Shown: positions 13,789-27,373 of the stretch, piece by piece
Numbering within the stretch: the first letter of the stretch is position 1
Layout: every line of letters begins with the position of its first letter
Origin: Octopus sinensis
Lineage: Eukaryota
Length of the DNA: 64,000 nt
Direction of reading: 5' to 3'
NCBI RefSeq assembly: GCF_006345805.1
Contig: NC_043009.1
Span: 51,088,001 to 51,152,000 of the forward strand
Position numbers and translations under genes: made by a program
Notes under the pieces: model-generated
The model's input: the letters and a program-made list of their open reading frames with translations, nothing else
Database searches by the model: none
Told to the model about the DNA's origin: nothing

Positions 13789-14283
13789 ATACAAACATAC
13801 AGACGCACACACACTTTTGTACAATTTTCGTCATTAAATATCATGTAAATATTATTAAACTGTTCGAGGTTATTATTGGAAAGAGTCGTTTCAAAGAGTC
13901 GTGCAAAGAATCGGGCAGCGGTATCGAATCTCGAATCATGTGACTGTAATAGTCTTCCCCTAGTATGGAAGGCCTTAATTTCTAAAATTTTCTTTTATTT
14001 CTGAAAAATCATTATTAAATTTCCATCCATAAGCAAATCTGCGCACATCCGTCATTTACTATGAATATCATAAACCTCAGGTAAAAACCGGCATCTCTTG
14101 TGATTTTTAACTCCAGGTGGAATATCGAGGTACTAAATAAAAGGAGTAGTTTATTCCCTGAATAATGGACATCTCATGCCTTTGGGGCTTGTAATCTTTC
14201 AAGAAGTCAGTCTTAAGGATGTCATCATGATGTACAGTTTATTTTAGACATCTATTATTCTCCAGGTTCCATTATGTGCAAGC

Positions 14284-14620
14284 ATGGTTGTGTGGTAAGA
14301 AGCCTTGCTTCTCAACCACATAGATCCGTGTTCAGTCCCACCTCTGGCCAATGAAGCCTTGTGAATAGATTTGAGACAGAAACTGAAAGAAGCCCGGTGT
14401 GTATATATATATGCGTGTGTGTGTGTGTGTATTTATGTGTGTGTGTCTGTATTTGTCCTCCATCACGCCTGACAACCGCTACTGGTTTGTGCACGTCTCC
14501 GTAACTTAGCGATTCAGCATAACTACTAGGACTTCAAAATATGTCCTGGGGTCGATTTGTTCGACTAAAAGTCCTCAATGCGATGGCCGCAGTAAAATAA
14601 CTGAAACAAGAAAGAAAAAA
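14284..14620 (+). mobile_element. SINE family A, degenerate copy
   Basis: Colinear with 4771-5200. Confidence 0.8.
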
Positions 14621-15265
14621 AAAAGAATACAGATAATATCATTTAGGAAAAGAGCAAGAAATAGTGACACAAAGTGTATGATTTGCATAGGTTTTATATT
14701 TATTGTCCTCGAGAGGATGAAAAACAAATTTGACATCGGCTGGATTTGAACTTAGAGCCTGGAAAGCTAGAAGCATCACTGCAGAGCATCTAACAGATTG
14801 TTCAAATTGACCTGCTTTAATGAACTTGCCATGCAATAAACGATAATCGCATGTTCAAAATTTTAAAATAACTCCATTTAGTTATTGTTAATCCATTAAC
14901 AACCGCCTTACTTTTCAATTTAGTGTGTTTTATACATATGATATTAAAAGTATAAATACAACACATGTTTCTGTATATGGAGAGATGAATGCAAAATCTG
15001 TTATGTGTATGGGAATTGGATACATGAGTGTGTGACGCATATTTTGAGCAAATTTCAAAAAATTAACTATGATTAAAATATTCATGAATACATTTTTTAA
15101 TGTGTTCACACACTACTTCTCTCCTTCAAATCTTTGATTAACCTGGCAAATGAAAACTCAGAATAGTGGTTCAAAAGGATTTCACCTATTAATAATGAAA
15201 TTTAAAATAAAGCTACTTTACATATAGAGTACTTATGTACTTATTCTTTCTACACACACTAACCA

Positions 15266-15305
<40 letters not shown>

Positions 15306-15308
<3 letters not shown>

Positions 15309-15845
15309 GCAGGAAGTAAATAGACACGTTTAATTTTCAAAATCTCTTATTTGATATTAATTGGTTGAAGGAGAGGTTTTCTTCTAGCTGCTCGTCCATA
15401 ATACCCAAGCTTATGCAGATATGTAACACATGTTCTTGGACTAACTTCTAGCTGTTTTGCAATGTCAGAAGCCTTCGAACGGGGTTCGTTTTCCACAATA
15501 CTCTTCAAACAGCGAAGCTTTCTTTCCGAGGCCCCAGGTCGGCCGGAACGAGAATCTGTTAATTTTTCCCTTGGCATTTGAATTGCACTATAATTCTATT
15601 AACAGTAGCAAAAGGAATTTGAAGATTTTCACCAGCCTCAGATTGCCCAACAATACAACCTCTTTGAAAATCTGACAGTTCTGCTGAACTTTTTGTGTGT
15701 GGTATGGTTACTCTTCGCAAATGTTTAATATAATGTCACTCGGAATGAAAAGGAATAATTACATTGCAAATTCTACACCGTTGAAAACATACTAAATTGC
15801 TTAGATCAGAATTTTGAAAATTAAAGGTGTCTATTTACTTCCTGC

Positions 15846-15848
<3 letters not shown>
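15306..15848 (-). mobile_element. Internally deleted Tc1 transposon (N-terminal transposase half retained)
   Basis: ~40-bp TIRs catgcaggaagtaaatagacac..; TA flanks within (TA)n; translation ELSDFQRGCIVGQSEAG..RSGRP..GYYGRAARRKPLL, start codon mutated to ATA. Confidence 0.92.
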
Positions 15849-15893
<45 letters not shown>

Positions 15894-15991
15894 GTGCTTG
15901 TAGTGATAAATTACACGGTTATTGACGTAGTGTCTATTTTCGGCATATTTTGGCATTAGAAATTTTTTCTTTTGCCCTTACTTATAAATTG

Positions 15992-16032
<41 letters not shown>

Positions 16033-16165
16033 AATACAATAGTGTTATTTTCCAGCTAAATAAAGCTGGAATATGCACATAAAGTGAGGAATTGGGACTT
16101 GAGTTTGAGTGAAACTTGGGGCGAAAGTTAATACGTATGTGTAAATATGTGTGTATGTGTGTGTG

Positions 16166-16198
<33 letters not shown>

Positions 16199-16899
16199 TG
16201 TGTGTGTGTGTGTGCATGTGTATGAGTGTGTGCATATGTGTGTGTATTAGCATTTGAATTTATGCCGACCATCTTGTAACCATTCTACATGAAACTGAAG
16301 GACTGCTCAATAGTTTTTGTATTCACACACACGCACACATACAAATTATATATATAATATACATATATATATATATGCACAATCTATCTATGTATTTATC
16401 TCTCTCTTTATCTCTTTATCTTTCTATCTATCTACCTATCTATCATAAAAATAACTTCTCAGACAACCTATTCCATCGCTAACTTCCAATTTTGACAACA
16501 TCTTCCGAATGTACCACTTCTTTCTTACTCCTCCTTTCTTCTCCTTCTTCTTCTCATCCTCCTCCTCTTTTGTTACTTCCTTCTTCCACACTTGCCTCAC
16601 ATCACTGCAGTTCATCACCTAACACCTTCACCCCCGCCATCAAACACCCTTCTCCCCGCGCGCCACAACGTGTCTACAATTTTTGAAACAAAACATCACT
16701 TCATGACCTCCAAATGAACACATACTATGCCAGAATGCGCCACTGCCTCGACAAAGTTTTACCGGATATAACTTCCAGCTTTCACGCTTGCTCACTCAGC
16801 GCAACCGGATATGATTTGCAGTCGCCATGCAAAAGTTAAAGAACAATTGAATCGCTATCAGGAGATATATTTTTTGTTTGTTTTTTGAGTGATATTTGC

Positions 16900-17276
16900 T
16901 TTTTCCTTGTATTTTTTTTTCTTCTTCTTCTTCTTCTTCTTCTTCTTCTTCTTCGTCTCGTCGCCGTCTTCGTCTTCTTCTTCTCTTCTTCTTCTCTCTT
17001 CTTCTTCTTCTTCTTCTTTCTTCCCTTCTTCTTCTTCTTCTTCTCTTTCTTATCTATTCTTCTTCTTATTTTCCTCCTCTCATTTATTATTATTATTATT
17101 ATTATTATCATCATTCATTTTTTTTTTTTTTTTTATTTATTTTATTATTATTATTATAATTATTATTATTATTATTATTAATATCATCATCATCATCATC
17201 ATCATTATTATTATTATTATTATTTATTATTATATTATTATTATTATTATTATATCATCATTACATTATTATATTA

Positions 17277-17319
<43 letters not shown>

Positions 17320-17360
17320 TATTATTATTTCTAGTCATATTCTTATTATTATTACTAATA
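16900..17360. repeat. (TTC)n/(ATT)n/(ATC)n microsatellite mosaic
   Basis: Direct reading. Confidence 0.95.
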
Positions 17361-17369
17361 ATAAAAATG

Positions 17370-17573
17370 CAGCGAGCTAGGGAAAATGCTTAGCGGCTTT
17401 TCGCTCGTTGCTAATTTCTGAGTTCAAATTCCGCAGAGATCGACTTTGCCTTTCATCCTTTCTGGGTCAATAATTTGAGTACCATTTAAACACTGGAATC
17501 GATATGATCAACTAGTCTCCACCCCACAAAGTTTTGACCTTGTGCCCATAGTAGAAATCATCATCATCATCAG

Positions 17574-17627
<54 letters not shown>

Positions 17628-17635
17628 CATCATCA

Positions 17636-17682
<47 letters not shown>

Positions 17683-17868
17683 GTTAAGACGGCCAGCTGG
17701 CAGAATTGTTAGCACCTTGGGTGAAATGCTTGGCGGCATTTCGTCCATCTTTATCTTCTGTGTTCAAATTTTGCCAAGGTCGACTTTGCCTTTCATCCGT
17801 TCGGGGTCGATGAAATAATCGACTATCCCCGTCCCCCAATTTCAGGCCTTGTGCCTTCAGTAGAAAAG

Positions 17869-17933
<65 letters not shown>

Positions 17934-18130
17934 GGCGGTCGGCTGGCAGAATGGTTAGCACGCTGGACGAAATGCTTAGTGGTATTTCGCCCGTCTATAC
18001 GTTCTGAGTCCAAATTCCGCCCAGGTCGACTTTGCCTCTCATCCTTTTAGGGTCAATAAATTAAGTACCAGTGAAACACTACGGTCGATAAAATTTCCTC
18101 CAAAAAATTACTGCCCTTGTGGCAAAATTT
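17370..18130 (+). mobile_element. Three SINE family B copies (17370-17545, 17687-17870, 17933-18130) separated by (ATT)n
   Basis: Each carries gagttcaaatt..gtcgactttgcctttcatcc..ggggtcgat and ends in or before (ATT)n. Confidence 0.85.
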
Positions 18131-18149
18131 GAAACTGTTATTATTATTA

Positions 18150-18181
<32 letters not shown>

Positions 18182-18198
18182 GCTGTTGTTGTTGTTGC

Positions 18199-18275
<77 letters not shown>

Positions 18276-18920
18276 TCATCATCATCGTTATCCTCATCGT
18301 GAATATTGCTATTATTATTGTTATTGTTGTTGCTTTTATAGCTAGTTTTTGTTTGATTTTTTTTTATCAATTTATTCTTTTCTTGTTCAATATATTTTTC
18401 GTTCGCACCGTCTGTGTATTTTCCCGCCATAGCATTGGTGTTTTGCTTTTATTTTCTTTTATTTATCAGTCTGTTTCTCTCTTTATATTGGTTTATTTTG
18501 CTAAATACTCAATTGTCCCATTTTTTTTATTTCTTACTTTTTCTCTCTGTCTCAACTTCTCATCTTTTGTGCTTCTTTTGTTTCCTTTTTCGTATATTTT
18601 TTTATGGCGGTGGTGTCGGTGCTGTTGGCGAGTGGTTGGAGTGCGGTGGTATTCCATATTTTGCTTTTATTGCAGTTCTTACGTACGCTTCCTTACAGGA
18701 AGGCCCAGAATCTCTGTTTGCTTTGCTGGCTTTCTGTCTGTCGGCCTGCCTGCCTGTTTCCATGGCTCTATTTCTGTCTCTCTCTCTGTCTCTGTCTTTT
18801 TTCTACCCCTCTTTCTGTCCTTTACTTTCTCTCTCTCTCTCTCACCCATTCTGTGACGTAGGTCAGAAAGAAAGAGAAAGAAAAGAAGAGAGAGAGAAAG
18901 AGATTGATATATATACATAC

Positions 18921-19009
<89 letters not shown>

Positions 19010-19312
19010 CTGTGTCTGTGTACGCGTGTTTGCTTGCATTATACTTCTTTTTCCCGTTTTTTCAATACTTCGTATTCTTTCTTTCATCACCATCGTCATC
19101 AGCATGATCATCATCAACATCATCATCAATATGTCCATCGGAGTCTTATCAGGTATTGCCACCTCGAGCCAGAGCGGATAAAGGGATATTGATGATTATA
19201 GTGCAACTCCATTCACCGCCAAACATCTGAACGCCCGAACTGGAGCCTCAACATCAGACTTAGTTTAGCGTCTAGCTCAGGACACTTCAAACGTTTAATA
19301 TTTACAATTACG

Positions 19313-19740
19313 AAGGTGGCGAGCTGGCAGAAACGTTAGCACGCCGGGCGAAATACTTAGCGGTATTTCGTCTGCCGCTACGTTCCGAGTTCAAATTCCG
19401 CCGAGGTCGACTTTGCCTTTCATCCTTTTGGGGTCGATTAAATTAGTACCTGTTACGCACTGGGGTCGATGTAATCGACTTAATCCCTTTGTCTGTCCTT
19501 GTTTGTCCCCTCTGTGTTTAGCCCTTTGTGGGCAGTAAAGAAATAAGAATTATTAGCACACCGAGCAAAATGCTTAGCGGCATTTCGTCCATCTTTACGT
19601 TCTGAGTTCAAATTCCACCGAGGTCAACTTTACCTTTCATTCTTCCGGGGTCGATAAAATAAGTACCAGTTGAGCAGTGAAACCTTTTTCATCGATAAAC
19701 CCCCTCCCAAAACCTGCTGGTTTTGTGCCAATCTATGAAA
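19313..19740 (+). mobile_element. SINE family B monomer (19313-19545) followed by a second degenerate copy
   Basis: aaggtggcgagctggcagaaacg head, gagttcaaattcc B-box, tail gtgggcagtaaagaaata. Confidence 0.9.
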
Positions 19741-20894
19741 TCAGACCAACAGCGAATCGGCAGAATGGTTACAGCGTAAGCCAAAATGCCTTGCGATGAT
19801 TGTTCTTAGTCCCTGTGTTCAAATATCATCCTTTTACTTTTCATCGATTCGCTGTCAATAAATAATAGTACAGGGTTGCTAGCCGGTGGAGTTCAGAGAG
19901 TGTTGGACGCTAAAAGGAATTTCTTGAGATCTCTGATTTCTAACTTCAAATTCCGGTCTGTTCTCATCATGGCAGGAAACTTGTTCTTCGGGATCTAATA
20001 AGACATCAATGTCAAACGGAACTAAAACATCAAATAGACCAATAACTCTATGGCGTCATTGAAGAGCAAAAAACAAAAGAAAAAATGTCTAACGTTCTGA
20101 TCCAATACTAAAATAAGATAGACGCTAGGAAAGAAAGAAAAGAGAGCAGGAGAAGGTGAAAAAAAATGTCTGTTAATACTTGAAAGTAAAATCCGAAATT
20201 TGATAAAAGTTGTGATGGTCCGTGTATCAGCCATAATTAATCAATAAGTGAGTTCTATGATTTCTAGAAAAGATCAATTGCTGTAAGGAGTGGCATTATT
20301 ATTACGGCTGTAGTCAAGGAGACGCAATGTTGAATAATTTTAAAGACATAAACAATACAAAATTCAAGCGTTTTCCTTTACTTCCTGAAATGAAATGCCA
20401 CTACGGAATAGGTAGACTTTGGGTTTCACTCCTTTTGAATCAATAACTCTCAGGCAGTGGGCAGAGAACGAGTTTGATTGATATTATAGTACGATCACGT
20501 ACTGGTCAGTCTCTGAAACAGATGCCAATTGGCCAGCCATCCTCCGAGTTCAGTACTGGTTTCTGTAATATATATTAAAGTCGATTGAATTGACTATGTC
20601 CATCTACTACAAAGATGTGACCATTCTCTCTCTATTATTCTACCTTCTGTCTTTATCTGTCACTATATTATATATTCTCAGTCTCCTTCTTCTCTATTTC
20701 TTTAATATCTACTTCGCTATTTCTTTAAAAATATTTTTGTACGTATGTAGTATGTATGTCTCTTCTGTTTTTTAATTATTATAAATCTTCCACTGAAGAG
20801 GGAGCCACTTTCCATCAAATGTATGTATGTATGTATGTATGTAGTATGTATGTATGTATGTTGTATGTATGTATGTATGTACGCATGTATCTGA

Positions 20895-21240
20895 AGCCTC
20901 ATGGCTTAGTGGATAGAGCGTCGGGGTCATAATCATGAGGTAGTGAGTCCGATCCCTGGGCAGGGCTGTTTTGTGTTCTTGGACAAGAACTTTTTTTTTT
21001 CACATTCCTCTAGTTCATTCAGCTGTAAAAATGAGTTGCGACATCACTGGTGCCAAGCTGTATAAACCTTTGTCTTTCCCTTGGATAACATTGGTAGCGT
21101 GGGGAAGGGAAACTGGTAAGCATGGGCGACTGGTGGTCTTCCATAAAACAAAGCTTGTCCGGACTTGTGCCTCGGAGGGGAACTTTCTAGGTACTATCCA
21201 TGGTGTCTCATGACCAAAGTGGGTCTTTATTCTTTACCGT
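20895..21240 (+). mobile_element. SINE family C, uninterrupted copy
   Basis: tggcttagtggatag..gagtccgatccc head; colinear with 12354-12690. Confidence 0.85.
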
Positions 21241-21721
21241 TTCCCTCTCTCTCGCCATCCTCTCTCCCTTTCTCTCTCTCCCCCCCCTCTCTCTCTCTAT
21301 CTATCTATCTACCTACCTACCTGTCTGTTTGTTTGTTTGTCTGTCTCTCTAATGATACATTTTTTTTTATCTTCATTCAATCTTTAATATTGCTCTTGTA
21401 GCTGTTCACCTTTAATATTTTCTTCTTTGCAACTGCGTTCCGTTCTCTTGTGATTTAAGAAAAAATCTTAACTATTTTGCTTCGTTCCTTCTCTCCCTAC
21501 CTTTTATTATCTCTAATCTGTCTGCTGGGATATTATTATTATCTAAAAACTATGAATATCAGGTTGAAAGAATAAAGAAACACACACACACACACACACA
21601 CAAAAGTATTAATAATAATATTAATAAAATTATTATTGAAAAAAATAATAATAACGAAATCGCAAAATACATACATAGACACATACATAATATATATTAA
21701 TATATATATATATATATAAGA

Positions 21722-21753
<32 letters not shown>

Positions 21754-21850
21754 GTATACATATACATCCATCCATCCATCCATCCATCCATCCATCCATT
21801 CATACATACATACATACATATATACATACATACATATATACATACATACA

Positions 21851-21903
<53 letters not shown>

Positions 21904-22748
21904 AATACATTGTAGCAAAATATGAAGACAAATAAATATGATTAAATAAACAATCAAATAATAAAGAAAGAAAGAAGTCGCGTCAATATTTAAGGTTGCT
22001 TTGTCAATCTTGGAACAAAGAAAGCAGAATGTAATTTTGAATTAAATATATCAAAAGAAAACGATTAGTGGAAACCGTTTGCCACTCTCACTCGCAGCGT
22101 GTGCTCTTTAGTATTCTTGTAAAACAATCAATAGAAGAAAACCAAAGTCAATAATGTTTATGTTGTTTAACCCCAAGTCAAAGGTCGTCAACTCACGGTC
22201 TTTGTCTCTTAGACAGTGGTCTATACTCTCTAATAGAGTTACCATATTTTTTAAAGATAGTAGAGTGCAAGGGAAAGGGAATTTGACTGCTGTTTCTAGC
22301 CGATCGCGATACCATATAGAAAATTTCATGGAGGGGTCTTAATAGGAAACCAAGAAGTGGGTTAGAGGGAAAATTAATAGTATTCATTCAGATTGGCGAG
22401 TGAAAATTCGTTATAAATGTTTGATTGCTGAGTGGGTGAAAAAAGTGAGTGAAGGGCCCTGAACATTCGGGATTGAATGAGTAATTGAGCAAGGGATAAG
22501 TGAGTGAAAGAGTGAGAATCCGAATAAATAGGGGACTAGATAATTCAGGGAGTGCGGGGGCGATGAAGTGTGTGATTGGGTGAGTAATTTTGTGAGTAGT
22601 GTTGCACTTTTACAATTTTCATTAGATTGACACCATGTTTAAATCTAAAAATACCATATGTATTGAACCTTAAGGAATTTACTACCTATATTTATATATA
22701 TATACATACATACATACATACATAACATACATACATACATACATACAT

Positions 22749-22801
<53 letters not shown>

Positions 22802-22912
22802 TATATATATTTATATAATATATGTTTGTGTGTATACATACGTAAACACACATATATATATACATTTATATAATATATATGTATATATGTATATATATAT
22901 ACACACACATAA

Positions 22913-22943
<31 letters not shown>

Positions 22944-23185
22944 CAAATATATATATACATGAAGAAGGGCTCTTAACCCCGAAGTATTGAAATAGAAGGG
23001 AAAAGTACTAACCATCGACTTGTATTATTTACAACTTCCATGGTGTTAGCTTCATAAAAAAACTTTATATATATATATATATATATATAAAATGAAATAA
23101 ATAGGTGACTAGCTAGTCGAGTGAGGGATACGACAAAGCAGGACTGAGTGAATTACAAGGAGTGTAAGATGAGTGTATGAGTGAG

Positions 23186-23462
23186 TACTTATTACCACTT
23201 ATTGAAGCCTTTTGAGCCTTTCATATGCAATAAAATATTCTTAGAAAGGAAATAGATAATTGAAGCATTGGGACAGTTTATCACAGCAAAAGATGAATTT
23301 TTCTTTTAAAGATGGAATATATGACATAGTGAAACGTTGGGTAAAGGTTATAAATGAACATTGATCACACTTTGATTAAATAAATCAGTTCTCTAACACT
23401 TCTGAAACAACATTATATTGTTACCTTTCATATACGACATTTCATGTAAAACAACCTAATAT
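23186..23462 (+). pseudogene. Mariner transposase C-terminal remnant with probable 3' end
   Basis: TYYHLLK..EALGQFITAKDEFFF/DGIYDIVKRWVKVI..HFD* (cf. TDYHLF..GI..L..RW..V..YFD); ends aacaacctaata. Confidence 0.75.
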
Positions 23463-23589
23463 GTGTGTATGTGTGTATTAAATTTTAAAAAAACGTGTAG
23501 TAAATAAACATACAAATATATACTAACTACACAAACAGAAAACGCAGAATGTCACCAACTCTTTAGTTATCGGTCAGAGAGTCAAACGC

Positions 23590-23900
23590 AATTTCGGCCA
23601 TTATCGATAATATTGCTGCCACTCTGGAGACACCGGCAAGAAACTTGCGAGGAATGGGGCCAAAACATAACAAGACGAGAGAGGCTCGAGACGAGATCGT
23701 TAAAGGACAAACTAATAACCAGAATAAAAGCTTAGGGCCACACGAAAACAACAATTAAAATTAAAATAATACATATACAGCAAAAAATGTCTTAGGGCTG
23801 CAAGACAAGACAAAAATGGGTAACGCGAAGGAGAAATGAAAACTGTCCTAAAGGACTAGAAACACAGGAAGGGTAGAGAGAGGAGGTCTGAAAATCATGA
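23590..23900 (+). pseudogene. Possible RTE-type LINE 3' remnant
   Basis: Frameshifted NITRRER..RDEIVKGQTN and PKD*KHRKGR (cf. P.DWKR.RGRP) resemble an RTE ORF C-terminus. Confidence 0.35.
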
Positions 23901-24302
23901 CCAGTCCAGTCGTATATATATTATTTCAGACGTTGTTCTTCCAAAGTGTAATACTTAGGGAAATAGAAACAATATATTATGACTTTCCTAAGACTTATAT
24001 GAGAAGATTTTCTCGGAGATAACCTTATGAGTTTGTGAATGTATCTGTACGCGTGTGTGGGGGTTCGTGTGTGTATTCCCATCCATCTATGTATGTATGA
24101 CTGTATTTTCACATAGAAGTATTCACATACACGTACACACGCAGACTCCCACATACACACACGGACATTTATATACACACACACACACACACATTTTTGT
24201 GTATGCGTACAATTGTACAATTTTGAACGGACTGTGTATGTATGTGCTTGTACGGACTTTTATATGTGTGCGTATGTATATATATATATATAATATATAT
24301 AG

Positions 24303-24337
<35 letters not shown>

Positions 24338-24474
24338 TAACATGTATATACATATGTATGCACACACACATACACACACAAATACATGATGTATGTATAC
24401 ACATTTTTGTGTATGCGTACACCTTAGAACGGTGACTGTGTATGTATATGTTTGTACGGACGTATATGCGTGGT

Positions 24475-24505
<31 letters not shown>

Positions 24506-25270
24506 ATGTATGTATGTATGTTTGTGTGAATAGAACACGGAGAGAACCTTGCAGAAGTTACATTAAGCATCATGTGCAATGTTTAACTGAGCGGAGACGG
24601 TGAAACATTATAGATTTCACAATTATTTCCCTAAATCATGTCGTTAGAGGTTATTATCACTTAAACACGCTCTGACACCACTGTATACACTCACAACTAT
24701 ATACATATATACACTAAGAAAACACGAGTACATATATATAATTACATTTACGCGAGTGTGTGACACAAGCGGTGTCTATCTAAATACATATACACACATA
24801 CACACATATATATATGTATACACACACATATGTATATATGTACAATTGCCTATACGAGTGTGTATGTGTATATAGATGTACGTATATGCTTGTGTGTATG
24901 TGTGCGTGTTTCAATAATTTATACCCTCTTGAACATACGCAAGTGTATGTGCATCGATTGTAATATTTATGTATATGCATATATATATGTGTATATGGAC
25001 TGTATATGTATGTGCTTGTATATATACATACATACACATATATATATACATATATATATACATATACTTATACTTATATATATATATACGCATATATATA
25101 TTGTATGTATATATATATATATATATGCATGTATGTATGTATGTATGTATGTATGTATGTATATATATTTACACACATTTATGCGCAATTCATCATTAAT
25201 TTTTAGAGAATGACTTCGACATGTTAGTATAAGCGTATGTTAAAATATCTACGCAAGCATGTCTGTACAC

Positions 25271-25321
<51 letters not shown>

Positions 25322-25389
25322 CATACATATATATATGTATATATTTATATGTATATGCAAATATATGTAAGTATGTATATATATATAAT

Positions 25390-25452
<63 letters not shown>

Positions 25453-25799
25453 GTATATATATATATGCATGTATCTATATATAATAAATGAAAAATGTAT
25501 GGTAAAGATGCACACGACATATATATATATATATGTGGACAAATTTGTATAATAGTGTAATGTATGTGTGTAGCACTGACCGACACATAGGCACACATAC
25601 AAACCCAAACACATGCTTTTATACTCTCGTACATACGCAGGTGTGTATGATGCACGTGCGTGTGCCTTTCCCGTGAGTGCAAGGCTGGTGTTGTTTCTTT
25701 CCATTTCCATGAGTTCACACTCTGCGCAAGTATATCGCTTTGTGACAAAAATTGCGATTTGTTAATCTAACAATTGATTCGCTGTTATTTCACCAACGG

Positions 25800-27340
25800 C
25801 GATGGCGGCTGCAGTGATTTGGGCACCAGTGGTTCTTGTGGGGTGTTTTGGAGGATCGGTGGGTGGAGGTGACGGTGGTAGTGATGGTTGTCGTAGCGAT
25901 GATGATGCCGGGAATTTTGGTGGCGTGGGATGGTGGCGACGGGGATGGATGTAGCGGGGGATGACGATGGTGTAGGTCACGATGGTGGTGATTGTGGAAA
26001 TGATGGCCGAGGAGGTGATTGCGGTGGTGGTGATGGTTGTGGTAATGGTGGAGTGGTATGGTAGTGGTAATGTTTGTAATACTAGCGGTGGTAGTGATGG
26101 TATCAGTGATGTATGTATGGTGGCGATTGTATTGGTGCTCGATGTGGTGGTGATGGTGGTGATGAAGATGCTTTTCGGTGGTGGTGGTGCTGACTGAGAT
26201 GAGGATAATGGTGGTGGTGGCTGTCTTAGTTGTGGTGATGCTATGGTTGGTGGTGATGATGATAGTTGACGGTGGTGGTGGTGGTGGTGGTGGTGGTGGT
26301 GGTGGTAATGGTGGTGGTGGTGGCTGTTTTAGTTGGGGTGATGCTATGGTTGGTGGTGATGATGATAGTTGACGGTGGTGGTGGTGGTGGTGGTGGTGGT
26401 GGTGGTGGTAATGGTGGTGGCCGTCTTAGTTGGGGTGATGCTATGACTGGCGGTGATGATGATAGTTGACGGTGGTGGTGGTGGTGGTGGTGGTGGTAAT
26501 GGTGGTGGTGGTGGGTGGTGGTGGTAACGGTGGTGGCAATGGGTGTATCAATGATGGTGGTTGTGGTTGTTGTTGTGGTGATGATGGTGACGTCGGTCGT
26601 GTTAGGGTGTTCATAGTATTTTGCTTTTTAATGTGTCTTCCGTCGTCGTCGTGATGATTATTTTGCTGTTTATACCTCCACACATCCATTCTGATCAACA
26701 AACAAAATTCATGACATGACCAAAGGCCTTTCTAGATTTGTTCGTCGCACCTTTTCTTTTGTGTCAGACAACGTTTATAAACGTTACGGTATAATGAGGA
26801 AGTGATTCGGCTGCTATTTTAGGCAGGTGGAGTAACCACTTAAAGATTCTGTGAAGAGTAGATGGTTTTGATGTTGCTGTTGTTGGTAGTGGTGGTGGTG
26901 GCTGTCTTAGTTGTGGTGATGCTATGGTTGGTGGTGATGATGATAGTTGACGGTGGTGGTGGTGGTGGTGGTGGTGGTGGTAGTAATGGTAGTGGTGGTG
27001 GTGGTGGTGATGGTGTGAGTGGAGTGTGTTGGTTTATTGGAGTTTGTGATAATGGAGTTGAATTCTGCGAATTGGTGGTTATGGGAACGTTGATGACGAC
27101 GATAAAGAAGAAGAGAAGGAAGAAGAGGAGGAGCAGGTGGAAGAGAAGGATAGTGGTGGTGGTGGTGGTGGTGATAGAAATGATGATGATGATGACGACG
27201 GCGAAGTGGATGAGCAGGATAAAGAGGAGGAGGATGGTGTTGGTGGTGGTGGTGGTGATGACGTTGACGATGATGGTGATGGTGATGATGACGATGATGA
27301 TGATGATGATGATGAGATGATGATGATGATGATGATGATA

Positions 27341-27373
<33 letters not shown>

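Noticed and set aside
14060-14140. Donor cag|gtaaaa and acceptor ttttaactccag suggesting a tiny intron or micro-exon
   Set aside because: The implied 37-nt intron is too short, the downstream donor is weak, and the spliced ORF is trivial.
19135-19290. Complex segment that looked like an exon after ..ttatcag
   Set aside because: Stops in the frame I translated; it looks like a decayed interspersed repeat, but I cannot support a family call from this window.
22108-22387. Three overlapping 62-73-aa ORFs in unique sequence
   Set aside because: No recognisable motif in any frame.
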